Source: an uncultured delta proteobacterium (GTDB taxonomy: Bacteria > Myxococcota_A > Polyangia > Polyangiales > Polyangiaceae). From it: 64,000 nt of DNA. The notes under the pieces were generated by a model. That model was given only the letters and a program-made list of their open reading frames with translations. It ran no database searches and was not told the origin of the DNA. A program made the translations under genes and the position numbers. Positions 49,401-57,939 of the stretch are shown in pieces; position 1 is the first letter of the stretch; the number at the start of each line of letters is the position of its first letter. The stretch is taken from positions 192,001 to 256,000 of the forward strand of contig CAVOKF010000004.1 in assembly GCA_963696385.1 (NCBI GenBank). Reading direction: 5' to 3'.

Positions 49401-50117
49401 GTCGAGATCGCGGTACTTGTCGTCGGCGAGCACTTCGACTCCGTTCCACCAAAGCCGCTCGGCTCCGGCCGCTCCCGTCCAGATCGAAACGGGTCGAGAC
49501 GAATGGGCGCTCAACCGCGCGTCGTGCACGAACGTCGTCGCGTAAACGCACGCGTGGTCGGCGGCGCTCAGAAACGCGCCGAAGTCGACCCAGGCGAACG
49601 GAGAGACGGGAGGCAGCAGGCGCCAGCGCCGGAGGCGGTGATCCTTGCCCTCGTAATCGCGCATGAGATTGAGCGGCTGGGACGGCTCGGACTCCGGTTC
49701 GTAGCGAGTCGTGAAACCCGCCTTCCCGTCGTTGTCGAACGGGCCGAGCAAGATCCATCGATCGATGTATCCGAGCCGTGCAATCCGCGCGCGAGCCCCG
49801 TCCAGATCGCCGCGCCGCCGGCGGGCGTACGCTTGCAAGAGAGCCGCGTACGCGCGCACCGCCGGCGGCTCGCGATCGTCGATGGCGACTTCTCGCAAGA
49901 CCTCTTCGACTGCCGCGGGGTCGGCCGCGTCCCACTCCGCCCAGACCTTACGAAGCGCCACGTAGGCAAGAGGACCTCGCGCCGAGAGCACTTCGGCGTG
50001 GGTGGCCGACAGACGTCCCGGTACGTCCGAGGAATCGCCGCGGGCCGACGGCGCGGGGAGGCCCAAGGCGACGGATGAGACCACCCACGCGAAGACGACC
50101 AAGCGAAGCAATTTCAC
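46410..50117 (-). CDS. Large exported TPR/DUF3857/transglutaminase-domain protein
   Basis: Signal peptide; WILLGPFDN domain; TPRs; LEPGDVVELQY; RYVALEFG...GFGDCKDKATL, PFDHMIAY, YLDGT. Confidence 0.88.
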   Translation of the reverse strand: MKLLRLVVFAWVVSSVALGLPAPSARGDSSDVPGRLSATHAEVLSARGPLAYVALRKVWAEWDAADPAAVEEVLREVAIDDREPPAVRAYAALLQAYARRRRGDLDGARARIARLGYIDRWILLGPFDNDGKAGFTTRYEPESEPSQPLNLMRDYEGKDHRLRRWRLLPPVSPFAWVDFGAFLSAADHACVYATTFVHDARLSAHSSRPVSIWTGAAGAERLWWNGVEVLADDKYRDLDSDRFAVAVGSRPGWNRLTAKVCGDERPPMLSLRIAGLDGAPDDRLEVDPDPRHASPEDAAVAGGDEARVSGGVQGPVQSFERLVQTGDPAVLEGYARYLETTGADDPTEHRARELARKAAEKSPTIERLLLAGEVAESRNQRATWIDRAEALAAAGHASRQESIEVLLARANYLRAGVNARDSVPYYERVLALDSDNLPAILAKADLYEDAGLHDTALALIQKALARRPRSVGLLRASVAALRQEGRELEADEAADRYAALRFDDPTLLRARIDVAVSRRDAPAAAHWIERLLATNPGSTAGFATAAGAWMRLGDRARAIAAYRSALEISPDDTDVMRQLAAVYGVQGERDEELALLTRVLELMPQAKDVRDQVAHIGPPTSRPDERFARPAAEFLANRDRDAAGRGRRSLLDLSVTTVFPNGLASRFHQVVYQPLTEAAAAQSREYEFTYEADSQTAQIRAARVYRKDGRVDTAVESGPGGMADDPELAIYTSTRSFHVGFPRLEPGDVVELQYRVEDVAPRNAFADYFGEVVYLQGAEPIARAEYVLITPASRTFYFNDPAVPGIRHSVEAFGDQRIDRFVALDVPAVEQEPFQPAWAEVLGHVNVSTYKTWDEMGRWYWGLVKDQFIPDDEVRLRAEALTRGLKDDAARVRAIYDYVVQKTRYVALEFGIHGYKPYRSAQIFARGFGDCKDKATLIVTMLDVLGIKAVPVVVRTANKGDIETAPASLAPFDHMIAYVPSLNLYLDGTAEYTGSVELPAMDRGAIALRVDEGHANLVRLPDPPASASVTSYKVEVTLGVGGSADLDWRADVTGVEASQWRVRFHAESTRKARIQQMLGAILPATEVTAVEAGNFEDVEKPIRMRVHGRAPQFSRPEGDAVTIPVGRREHMVRDFASLTTRKLDLRLHAQWTTEDDWTVRLPSGAKIRSAPAPAKASSPFGSYEVGVETAAGLIRVKTSVALTSTRVAARDYAAFRAWCEEVDRALGQRATVELR

Positions 50118-50313
50118 CAGCAGGCCTTGGAGAGCTGACTATTGTTGCGGCGCGCGGTGCGTCGTCAAGCGCGACGGTCCCGCCCCCCCGGGCTCGGCTC
50201 TTCGGCTCGGCGTCAGCGCATGCGTGCCGCACCGGCACCGTTTCCAATGGCAGAGAGTCGCGATCGCGCTATGTGTCAAAACACCCGCCCTCCGCGGCGG
50301 TGCGGACCCGCGC

Positions 50314-51345
50314 ATGCACTCTGCCCACGAGATGACGACCCCTGCCGTAGTCGTGTCGTCCGCTGCGGAAGCCTCGGTCCCCGCCCCACAGAGCTCGGCC
50401 GCCGCCGGACCCGCGCCGAGATACGGCCATCTTCGCGGCCTTGTCAAGACGCTGCGCCCCCATCAGTGGGTCAAGAATCTGTTCGTTCTCGCCCCGATGT
50501 TCTTCCACAAGGACGTATTTCTTTCGACGGCCCAAGGGCCCGCCCTCAACTTGACCGTCACCGGACGGGCACTGGCCGCGACCGGGGTCTTCTGCTTGCT
50601 CGCCGGAGCCATCTATACGATCAACGACCTCGTCGACGTGGACGCGGACCGGATCCACCCGGTCAAGCGCATGCGTCCCATCGCGAGCGGTCAGGTTTCG
50701 GAGCCAATGGCGCGCGGGCTCGCGACCGGGCTCGTCCTCGCGTCGGTCGGCATCGCCTACCTCCTCGCGCCGATGCTCGCGTGGGTGGCCGCGCTCTACC
50801 TCGTCGAGAACCTGGCCTATAGCTTCAAACTGAAGAAGATCGCGTTCATCGACGTGAGCCTCATCGCGGCCGGCTTCGTGTTGCGCGTGCTCGCGGGGGG
50901 CATTGCGACGGACGTGCACGTGTCCGGATACATGCTGGCATGCACCGCGCTGCTGGCGCTTTATTGCGGCTTCGGAAAGCGTCGCCATGAACTCGCCCTC
51001 GAAGGCGCGGGACGGCATCGGGCCTCACTCGAGGCGTATACCCCCCGGTCGCTCAATGGGGCTCTCGCCGTGACGGGGACGGCAACCGCTCTCACGTACG
51101 TCGCCTACACGCTCGACCCGTCGACCCGCGCGGCGTTCAACTCCGAGTACCTCTGGCTCACGGCGCCGTTCACCGTGTTCGGTCTCGTTCGCTTCCTCTA
51201 TCTCGTGAGCGGCCGGGCCGGGCGCGGAGTCCGAGCCGAGTCCCCCACTCAGGAGATGTTGCGCGACGTGCCCTTCGTCCTCAACCTGGTGATCTGGACG
51301 ATGGTGATCGTGGCCGTCGTGTACAAGCTGCGGCCGAGCGCCTGA
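50314..51345 (+). CDS. UbiA-family decaprenyl-phosphate phosphoribosyltransferase-like protein
   Basis: LRPHQWVKNLFV, NDLVDVDADRIHPVKRMRPIASG, YSFKLK, GFVLRVLAG, GKRRHEL, ESPT. Start 50314 or 50332. Confidence 0.9.
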   Translation: MHSAHEMTTPAVVVSSAAEASVPAPQSSAAAGPAPRYGHLRGLVKTLRPHQWVKNLFVLAPMFFHKDVFLSTAQGPALNLTVTGRALAATGVFCLLAGAIYTINDLVDVDADRIHPVKRMRPIASGQVSEPMARGLATGLVLASVGIAYLLAPMLAWVAALYLVENLAYSFKLKKIAFIDVSLIAAGFVLRVLAGGIATDVHVSGYMLACTALLALYCGFGKRRHELALEGAGRHRASLEAYTPRSLNGALAVTGTATALTYVAYTLDPSTRAAFNSEYLWLTAPFTVFGLVRFLYLVSGRAGRGVRAESPTQEMLRDVPFVLNLVIWTMVIVAVVYKLRPSA

Positions 51346-51422
51346 CCACCTCGCGATCTGGACGATGGTGATCGTGGCCGTCGTGTACAAGCTGCGGCCG
51401 GGCGCCTGACCTGCTCGCGATC
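51291..51422. repeat. 64-bp tandem duplication spanning the ubiA-like stop codon
   Basis: 51291-51354 versus 51355-51418 with 3 mismatches; GATC at the start, the junction and the end. Confidence 0.95.
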
Positions 51423-51486
51423 GGGATCGAACCGGGGTCGTCGCCCCACAGCGGAATACTGGACGCCTATCGCGCGCTGAAGCATC

Positions 51487-52236
51487 GTGCGGAAAATGCG
51501 CGTGGGAGATTCGTCGCTCGCCGCCCGACCCGGCGCCTGGAACGAACTGGCGCTCACGCTTCCCGTATTTTTGACCTACCAGATCGGCGTGGTGTTCCTC
51601 AATGTTCGGAACGCCACGGACATGGTCACCGAACGCTTGCTCCAGGTCTCGCACGGAGACCGACGGGCGTACCTCGAGATCACGGGAGCCGTCGGCCTCG
51701 CGACGATCGCCGTCTTCGCGGCACTCGGACGCGGACAAATGATCCGTTTCGGCAAACTCGTGCAGACCTGCGTCGAGGGCGCCACTTATGCCATGGCCAT
51801 GGGCACCGCATCCTCGTGGGTGGTCGGCAAGTTGTTCGCCGGGCCCCATGCCGCGGTGGTCAACGGGCCCTTGTCCGGCGTGGTGATGTCGCTCGGTGCA
51901 GGATTTTACGAAGAACTGGCGTTCCGTGTCCTCTTGTTCGGGTTGGGCGCGAAACTGCTCGTATGGGCATTCTGCCGTCAACGCGTCGCGTTCGTGCGTG
52001 AAGCACCCCCGCTCGACCTGGGGGCCATGGTCGTCATGTCGATCTGGGCGATCGTCAGTGCCGCGGTGTTCAGCGGCATGCACTACGTCGGGCCGCTCGG
52101 CGATCCGCCCGACGTCCGGTCGTTCGTGGCACGCGCCGTCCTGGGCCTCGCCCTCACGCTCGTCTACAGCACGCGCGGCTTCGCTGCGGCGGTCTGGACG
52201 CACGCGCTCTACGACATCTGGGTGCTCGTCTGCTGA
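51487..52236 (+). CDS. CPBP (Abi/CAAX type II) intramembrane metalloprotease
   Basis: YEELAFR, FSGMHY, AVWTHALYD; multiple TM helices. Confidence 0.88.
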   Translation: MRKMRVGDSSLAARPGAWNELALTLPVFLTYQIGVVFLNVRNATDMVTERLLQVSHGDRRAYLEITGAVGLATIAVFAALGRGQMIRFGKLVQTCVEGATYAMAMGTASSWVVGKLFAGPHAAVVNGPLSGVVMSLGAGFYEELAFRVLLFGLGAKLLVWAFCRQRVAFVREAPPLDLGAMVVMSIWAIVSAAVFSGMHYVGPLGDPPDVRSFVARAVLGLALTLVYSTRGFAAAVWTHALYDIWVLVC

Positions 52237-52262
52237 GCGGTTGCCCCGCGTTGGCCCGACTC

Positions 52263-52429
52263 AGTACACCGCCCCAGAGCCAAGGGGTCAGCCGGGGCGG
52301 TGTACTTGCGTCCGGGAAGCGACGGGGGGGTTCGGGGCGAAGCTCCCAAGGGAATTCTCGTCGTACAGCGGAAGCCTGCGACGCCGGCGTACCCAGCGCG
52401 GCTGCGTCCCGTTCCACCGGGCGCTGTAC
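52263..52429 (-). repeat. Dispersed two-hairpin intergenic repeat, copy B
   Basis: AGTACACCGCCCC-N18-GGGGCGGTGTACT (52263-52306) and GTACAGCG-N51-CGCTGTAC (52363-52429); homologous to 8397-8537. Confidence 0.88.
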
Positions 52430-54430
52430 TCAGGGGGCCGAGGAGGTGTCGTCCTTCTTCGGGCCCTCGTTGTAGCCGCGAGGGCGGTACTTGGGATTGA
52501 CACCATGGTACTCGTCGCCGTTCGCCACGATGTCGTCGACCAGGTACTTGAACCATGAATCGGGAAAGCCGTCGGCGGCGGTCTGCAGATCGCGCCGCGC
52601 ACCCGAGTCCTCGCCGAGCTGCTTTTCGTCCCACAGACACTGCAGGCCGAGCGCAATGAGGTTCATGTCGTTCGGACCGAGCGAGAACCCGCGCACGTAG
52701 TGGGGGAGCGCGTCGGGCGCCCGGTGCAGTCGGCAAAGGGTGTCGCCGAGGTACACGTTGGCCATCGGCCAGGTAGGTGCGAGATCCAGTGCGACCCGGT
52801 TCGAGACGAGACGGCCCTGCAAGTCGCCCCGTGCTCCGAGCATGACCGAATAGTTCAGATGCGCCTTGGCACTCCTCGGTACGGCCTTGCGCGTCGCGTC
52901 CCAGAATACCAGGTCGTTCGTGTAGTCGAACGCGTGCCGGCGCGCCGCGAAGCTCTGAAACCCGACGAACGCGACGAGCGACGCGAGGACGTAGGGAAAC
53001 CAGCGCGTACGCTGCGCGGCACGCAGCCACTGAGTGAACCCGAGGGCCAGCAGAATCGACGACCCGATGACCGGGAAATACCAAAAGCGCTCCGCCCGAA
53101 CGGTGGGAAGCACGACGGGGATGTTCGAAACGGGGATGTACGACACGACGATCCAGGCCATCGCGAACGCGACGATCGAAAGGCGATCGACGACCGGGCG
53201 GGCCGTCTCGCCGGACTGCAACGCCCGATCCGCGGCAAGCGCGCGCGCGCGCGAACGCCATGCGGCCACGATCGCGAGCACCGGACAAGCCAACAGCGGC
53301 ACAACCATCGCCGCGGCCCCGATCACGCTCTCGGGAAAGACGAGGCGTGAGGGGACGGGCTCCTGGGGAGCGGAGTAGTCGCCCGACAGCGTCCACGGCA
53401 CGAGCACCTGCAGGAGACCGCGCGCGTAGACGCGAAGGGCCGCTGCGACACGCAACGGCGTTGACGCTTCGATGAGCGGGTTGTTGAGCGGATCGTGCGG
53501 CAGCATGGGCTGCGCGTACCAGCGCAACGCCGCCGCGAAGGCACGATGGGCCAGGGGCCTGCCGGCATTCGCCTCCGCCGTGAGTTCATGAGGCGTGACG
53601 ACGGGAAACCATCGGCGGCGCATCTCGACGTAAAAGACGAATGCCGCACCCGTGGCCGCTGCGGCCGCTGCGGCACGAAGCCAGCGTCGAGGCCGGTCGA
53701 CGTGCGTCATCGGACTGGTGAGCAACGCGGCCAGCGGCGCAAGCGGCACGATGCACAGCGCGCTCTCTTTGGAATACAGCCCCAACAACGTCGCCAAGGC
53801 GAGCGCCCATGGCATGGTCGAGAGCGGCAGAGTCAACGCCAGAAGCGCGGCGAGCACACCGGTGCCGCCGAGCACATCCGCGAGCCCTACGACGCCGCTC
53901 ACCGCCTCGGTGACGATGGCGGCAGCGACGAACAGTCCCCCGGCGAGCCACGCGGTCAGTCGGTCGCGCGTCCAGCGCATAACGAGAAGCACCACGAGCG
54001 CGCCGTTGAGGCCATGAAGCAAGACGTTGACGTAGGCCAGCGGAAACGCGCTTTGCTCCCGCGCCCCCAACTTCCAGAGGGCTCGCCAGACGACGTCCGG
54101 AAGCGGCCGATAGGAGCCGATCGTGCGCTCTGGGGTGAGCCCCCAAAAGTCACGCTTGAAGGCCTGCAGCCAGCCGATCGAGGCCCCTGGATCGACGCTT
54201 GCGCGCACGTAGGGATTCGCGAGAAGGGCTTCTTGCTCGTCGAAAATGAAATTGGTGGCCGGATGGCGCGTGTACAGCACCATGGAGAGGAAACAAGTCG
54301 GCACGAGTGCCGTCAAAAGCGTCGGATCCTCCGCGAGGAAGTAATCGCGCGCGCGAGTGAAGACGTTTCGCTTCGGAATCTCGGGAAGCGGCTCGAACGC
54401 AGTGGAGGAGGTCGGCTCGGGTGAGGTCAC
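52430..54430 (-). CDS. TMTC-like (GT-C fold) membrane protein with C-terminal TPRs
   Basis: FIFDEQEALLAN, DFWG...GSYRPL, NVLLHGLN, EAVSGVVG, SKESA, LSGDYS, AERFWYFP, AKAHLNY. Start approximate (GTG 54430). Confidence 0.8.
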   Translation of the reverse strand: MTSPEPTSSTAFEPLPEIPKRNVFTRARDYFLAEDPTLLTALVPTCFLSMVLYTRHPATNFIFDEQEALLANPYVRASVDPGASIGWLQAFKRDFWGLTPERTIGSYRPLPDVVWRALWKLGAREQSAFPLAYVNVLLHGLNGALVVLLVMRWTRDRLTAWLAGGLFVAAAIVTEAVSGVVGLADVLGGTGVLAALLALTLPLSTMPWALALATLLGLYSKESALCIVPLAPLAALLTSPMTHVDRPRRWLRAAAAAAATGAAFVFYVEMRRRWFPVVTPHELTAEANAGRPLAHRAFAAALRWYAQPMLPHDPLNNPLIEASTPLRVAAALRVYARGLLQVLVPWTLSGDYSAPQEPVPSRLVFPESVIGAAAMVVPLLACPVLAIVAAWRSRARALAADRALQSGETARPVVDRLSIVAFAMAWIVVSYIPVSNIPVVLPTVRAERFWYFPVIGSSILLALGFTQWLRAAQRTRWFPYVLASLVAFVGFQSFAARRHAFDYTNDLVFWDATRKAVPRSAKAHLNYSVMLGARGDLQGRLVSNRVALDLAPTWPMANVYLGDTLCRLHRAPDALPHYVRGFSLGPNDMNLIALGLQCLWDEKQLGEDSGARRDLQTAADGFPDSWFKYLVDDIVANGDEYHGVNPKYRPRGYNEGPKKDDTSSAP

Positions 54431-54518
54431 GGCTCGGCTGCACACGGTTCCATGAGTCGGATCGGCGAGGTCGCGGCGTCGGTGACAGGGATCGCCGGTG
54501 GACCACCCGAAAGCTACC

Positions 54519-55745
54519 TTAGCCGTGCGCCTGGGACTTGCGGAGCCCGGTAGCGAGGCCGAGCGCCACGAGCATGCCCAGCGAGGCGGCTGCGTACGGA
54601 GCTCGGGCGCCGATGCTTCCGTAGAGCCAGCCCCCCATGGCCGGCCCGAATGTGCGCGCCAGACTGGCAAACGACTGATTGGTGCCGAGTGTTCCCCCTT
54701 GACAATCGGGGGGCGCACGCCGCGAGATGAAGGCCGACGTAGCGGGTTGCGTCAGGCCATTGCCGAGCGCGAGAACTCCGCCCGACGCGAACAGCAGCGG
54801 ATGGGACGCGCTCGACCCGGCCAACACGAACCCGGCGAACGCCAACGCTTGGAGGATCGTGCCGACACGAATCAGAACGGCCTCGTCGAAGCGCGGCGCC
54901 AAGACGCGAACGAGGCCCCCTTGCACCAGCGCGGCGACGATGCCGATGAAGGCCAAGACGTACCCGGTTCCGCGCTCGTCGATGCCGAAGATGTCCGAGC
55001 AGAAGAAGGTGAAGGTCTGATCGAGGTTCGTGAAACTCAGGATGACGAGGAAGTTCACGGCGATCGCGAGCCCCACGCCGGGAAGATCGAACGCCGCACG
55101 CATGGCGTCGAGATTGAGCGGAGTCATGCTTCGCGGCGACCGGGTCGCGCGGGCGGCACGCGGAAGCGACTCGCGGACACCCAAGGACGCCCAAACGAGG
55201 TTGACCGCGCTCAGTCCGGCCGCGACGAAGCAGGCCACGGCGCCATGGCGCCCGGAGATCTCGATTTTCGAGAGTGCCCCACCGATTCCCGGGCCCAGGA
55301 TGAATCCAAGCCCGAACGCCATGCCGATGAGTCCCATTCCCTTGGCCCGCTCTTCGGGCTTGGTCACGTCCGCGATGTAGGCGCTCGCGGTTCCCAGGTT
55401 GGCCGTCGCGATCCCCCCGAACGTCCGAGCGGCGAATAGCCACAGCACGCTGTGCCCCCAAGCGAGCCCGCCCCCGAGAACCGCCATGGTCAGGGCGGTG
55501 CCCGCAATCGACCAGAGCAGTACCGGCCGTCGGCCCACACGATCGGAGACCCGACCCCATACCGGCACGAACACGAATTGCATGAGCGAGTAGACCGAAC
55601 CGAGCAGGGTTGCGACGAACTCGCTGACGCCGAAGGTGTCGCGCGCTTCTTTCGCCAGAAACGGCAGGACGAGCCCAAAACCCAGCAGGTCCACGAGCAC
55701 CGTCAGGAAGATGGCGCCAAGGCCCGGGGCCGATTTCGTGGACAA
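54519..55745 (-). CDS. MFS transporter, TetA/DHA1-like
   Basis: DLLGFGLVLP, GRVSDRVGRRPVLL, AYIADVT, GFILGPGIGG. Confidence 0.92.
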   Translation of the reverse strand: MSTKSAPGLGAIFLTVLVDLLGFGLVLPFLAKEARDTFGVSEFVATLLGSVYSLMQFVFVPVWGRVSDRVGRRPVLLWSIAGTALTMAVLGGGLAWGHSVLWLFAARTFGGIATANLGTASAYIADVTKPEERAKGMGLIGMAFGLGFILGPGIGGALSKIEISGRHGAVACFVAAGLSAVNLVWASLGVRESLPRAARATRSPRSMTPLNLDAMRAAFDLPGVGLAIAVNFLVILSFTNLDQTFTFFCSDIFGIDERGTGYVLAFIGIVAALVQGGLVRVLAPRFDEAVLIRVGTILQALAFAGFVLAGSSASHPLLFASGGVLALGNGLTQPATSAFISRRAPPDCQGGTLGTNQSFASLARTFGPAMGGWLYGSIGARAPYAAASLGMLVALGLATGLRKSQAHG

Positions 55746-55794
55746 GGCGGCGCCACTATAGCGGGTTCGCGCCCAACCGCCCGCGACGGTCGCC

Positions 55795-56541
55795 TCAGGT
55801 CATGGCGCGTCTTTGCGCGTGAAAAAATACCTCGCGATTGCCCTTGGGGCCCGGCAGCACGCTGTCGCATTGCCCGCGAAGATCGAAGCCCGCCAACCGG
55901 GCCGACTGGGCGGCCGCCTCCACAGCGCGCGCGCGACTCTCGTCGTCGCGAACGACGCCGCGACAGCGCGACGCCTCCCGGCGACCCACTTCGAACTGAG
56001 GTTTGACCAACATGACGAGATCGCCGCCCTCTCGAGTGCAAGCGGCGATCGCCGGCATCAACTTGCTCAAACCGATGAACGAAGCGTCGACGACGGTGAG
56101 ATCCGCCACGCCACCGACATCCTGCGGGGTGAGCGTGCGCGCATTCGTTCGTTCCATCACCACGACGCGGGCGTCCTGACGCAGCTTGTGCGCGAGCTGG
56201 CCGTAGCCCACGTCGACGGCGACGACCGTGGCCGCTCCCCGTTGCAGCAGACAATCGGTAAAGCCACCTGTCGAGGCGCCGAGATCGAGGCAACGGCGTC
56301 CGGTGACGTCGATCGCCCAGGCTTCGAGCGCCCCCGCGAGCTTCACTCCACCCCGAGAGACGTAGGGGTGATCCGCCTTTCGGACCTCGACGACGGCACC
56401 TGTCGGCGTAAGGGCACCGGCCTTGTCGACGCGAACGCCATCCACGGATACGTCGCCGGCGAGGATGATGCCCTGTGCGCGCGCGCGCGACGGCGCGAGC
56501 CCACGCGCCACGAGCAGTTGGTCGAGCCGGATTCGGTGCAA
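55795..56541 (-). CDS. tlyA: TlyA-family rRNA methyltransferase
   Basis: S4 domain RLDQLLV; YVSRGGVKL, DLGASTGGFTDCLLQRGA, VDVGYGQL, VKPQFE, GPKGNRE. Confidence 0.95.
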   Translation of the reverse strand: MHRIRLDQLLVARGLAPSRARAQGIILAGDVSVDGVRVDKAGALTPTGAVVEVRKADHPYVSRGGVKLAGALEAWAIDVTGRRCLDLGASTGGFTDCLLQRGAATVVAVDVGYGQLAHKLRQDARVVVMERTNARTLTPQDVGGVADLTVVDASFIGLSKLMPAIAACTREGGDLVMLVKPQFEVGRREASRCRGVVRDDESRARAVEAAAQSARLAGFDLRGQCDSVLPGPKGNREVFFHAQRRAMT

Positions 56542-56574
56542 CGTCGGTCGGACGCCTGCGCGCTTCGCGCCGCG

Positions 56575-57939
56575 TCAGTCTCCAATCAGGCGGTACTTGT
56601 GCAGCTTTTCGATGAGGGCCGGCCGCGACACGCCGAGCCGGCGCGCCGTTTCACTCTGGTTGTGCCCGGCGCTCTCGAACGCTTCCGCGATGAGCGTGCG
56701 CTCGAAGGCCTCGACTCGAGCACGCAGCGGGTGCCCCGGGCCCGGATCGCCGGCCGCCATCAGCGTCACGGAAGCTTGCGACGAGCCCTCGGACAGCGAT
56801 CTCCACAGAGCGAGGGTGATGCGTTCGTCGGGCGCGAGAGCCAAAAGACGAGCGATCGTATTCTCGAGCTCCCGCACGTTGCCCGGCCATACGTTGACGC
56901 GAAGCGCCTCGACCAGCGCCGGTTCGACGTCGACGGCCCCCATCCCGTAGCGGTCCGCATACCGACGGACGAACGCGCGCACGAGCGGCTCCACGTCTTC
57001 GATGCGCTCGCGCAGCGAAGGGACGCGGATGGGCACCACGTTGAGGCGATAGTACAGGTCCTCGCGAAACCGACCGGCCTTGACGTCGGCAGCGAGGTCA
57101 CGATTGCTGGCGGCAATCAGGCGCACGTCGACGTTCTCGGCGCGCCCGCCGAGCTGCTGGACCTCGCCCGATTGCAGCGCCCGCAACACCTTGGCCTGGA
57201 TCGCAAGAGGCAGCTCGCCAATCTCGTCGATGAAGAGTGTCCCGCGGTTCGCCTGTTGAAAATAGCCCAAGCGCGCCGACTGCGCGCCCGTGAAGGCGCC
57301 TTTGGTGTGTCCGAAGAGCTCCGCCTCAGCGAGATCGCTCGGGATGGCTGCTGCGTTGAACCGAACGAGCGGTTTGTCGGCGCGGCGGGAGTGCGCGTGC
57401 AAGGCACGCGCGAGCACGTCCTTGCCGGCGCCGCTTTCACCCGACAGAAGAACGGTCACGTCCTTGGGCGCCACCCGCGCGACCACGTCCATCACGCGCT
57501 TCATGGCGGGGCTGTCCGCGACGATCTCCCCGCCGAGCGCGGCTTCGGTGCGCAGTCGCGCATTTTGCAGTCGCAGATCGCGCCACTCGCTAGCGCGACG
57601 CACGGCGAGCACCAGTTCGTCCGGATCGAACGGTTTCGGGATGTAGTCGAATGCACCCGACTTCATCGCGGCGACGGCCACCCGCTCCGAACCGTGGGCG
57701 GTCAGAATGAGCACCGGGACGCTCGGGTCGCTCACCCTCATGCGCGCGAGCACCTGCATTCCATCCATTCCAGGCATCGCGAGATCCGTAAGGACGACGT
57801 CGGCCCCGCGGGCCTCGAACGCCGAAAGGCCGCTCACTCCGCCGTCGCTGGCCTCGACCACCAGACCCGCGTCGCTCAGCACGGCCTCGAGCGTGAACCT
57901 CAACGACGCGTCGTCGTCGATCACGAGCACGCGGCTCAT
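56575..57939 (-). CDS. Sigma54-dependent response regulator (NtrC family)
   Basis: Receiver domain (IDDD, DLAMP), GESGAGKD, GAFTGA, FREDLYYRL, WPGNVREL, Fis-type HTH. Confidence 0.95.
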   Translation of the reverse strand: MSRVLVIDDDASLRFTLEAVLSDAGLVVEASDGGVSGLSAFEARGADVVLTDLAMPGMDGMQVLARMRVSDPSVPVLILTAHGSERVAVAAMKSGAFDYIPKPFDPDELVLAVRRASEWRDLRLQNARLRTEAALGGEIVADSPAMKRVMDVVARVAPKDVTVLLSGESGAGKDVLARALHAHSRRADKPLVRFNAAAIPSDLAEAELFGHTKGAFTGAQSARLGYFQQANRGTLFIDEIGELPLAIQAKVLRALQSGEVQQLGGRAENVDVRLIAASNRDLAADVKAGRFREDLYYRLNVVPIRVPSLRERIEDVEPLVRAFVRRYADRYGMGAVDVEPALVEALRVNVWPGNVRELENTIARLLALAPDERITLALWRSLSEGSSQASVTLMAAGDPGPGHPLRARVEAFERTLIAEAFESAGHNQSETARRLGVSRPALIEKLHKYRLIGD

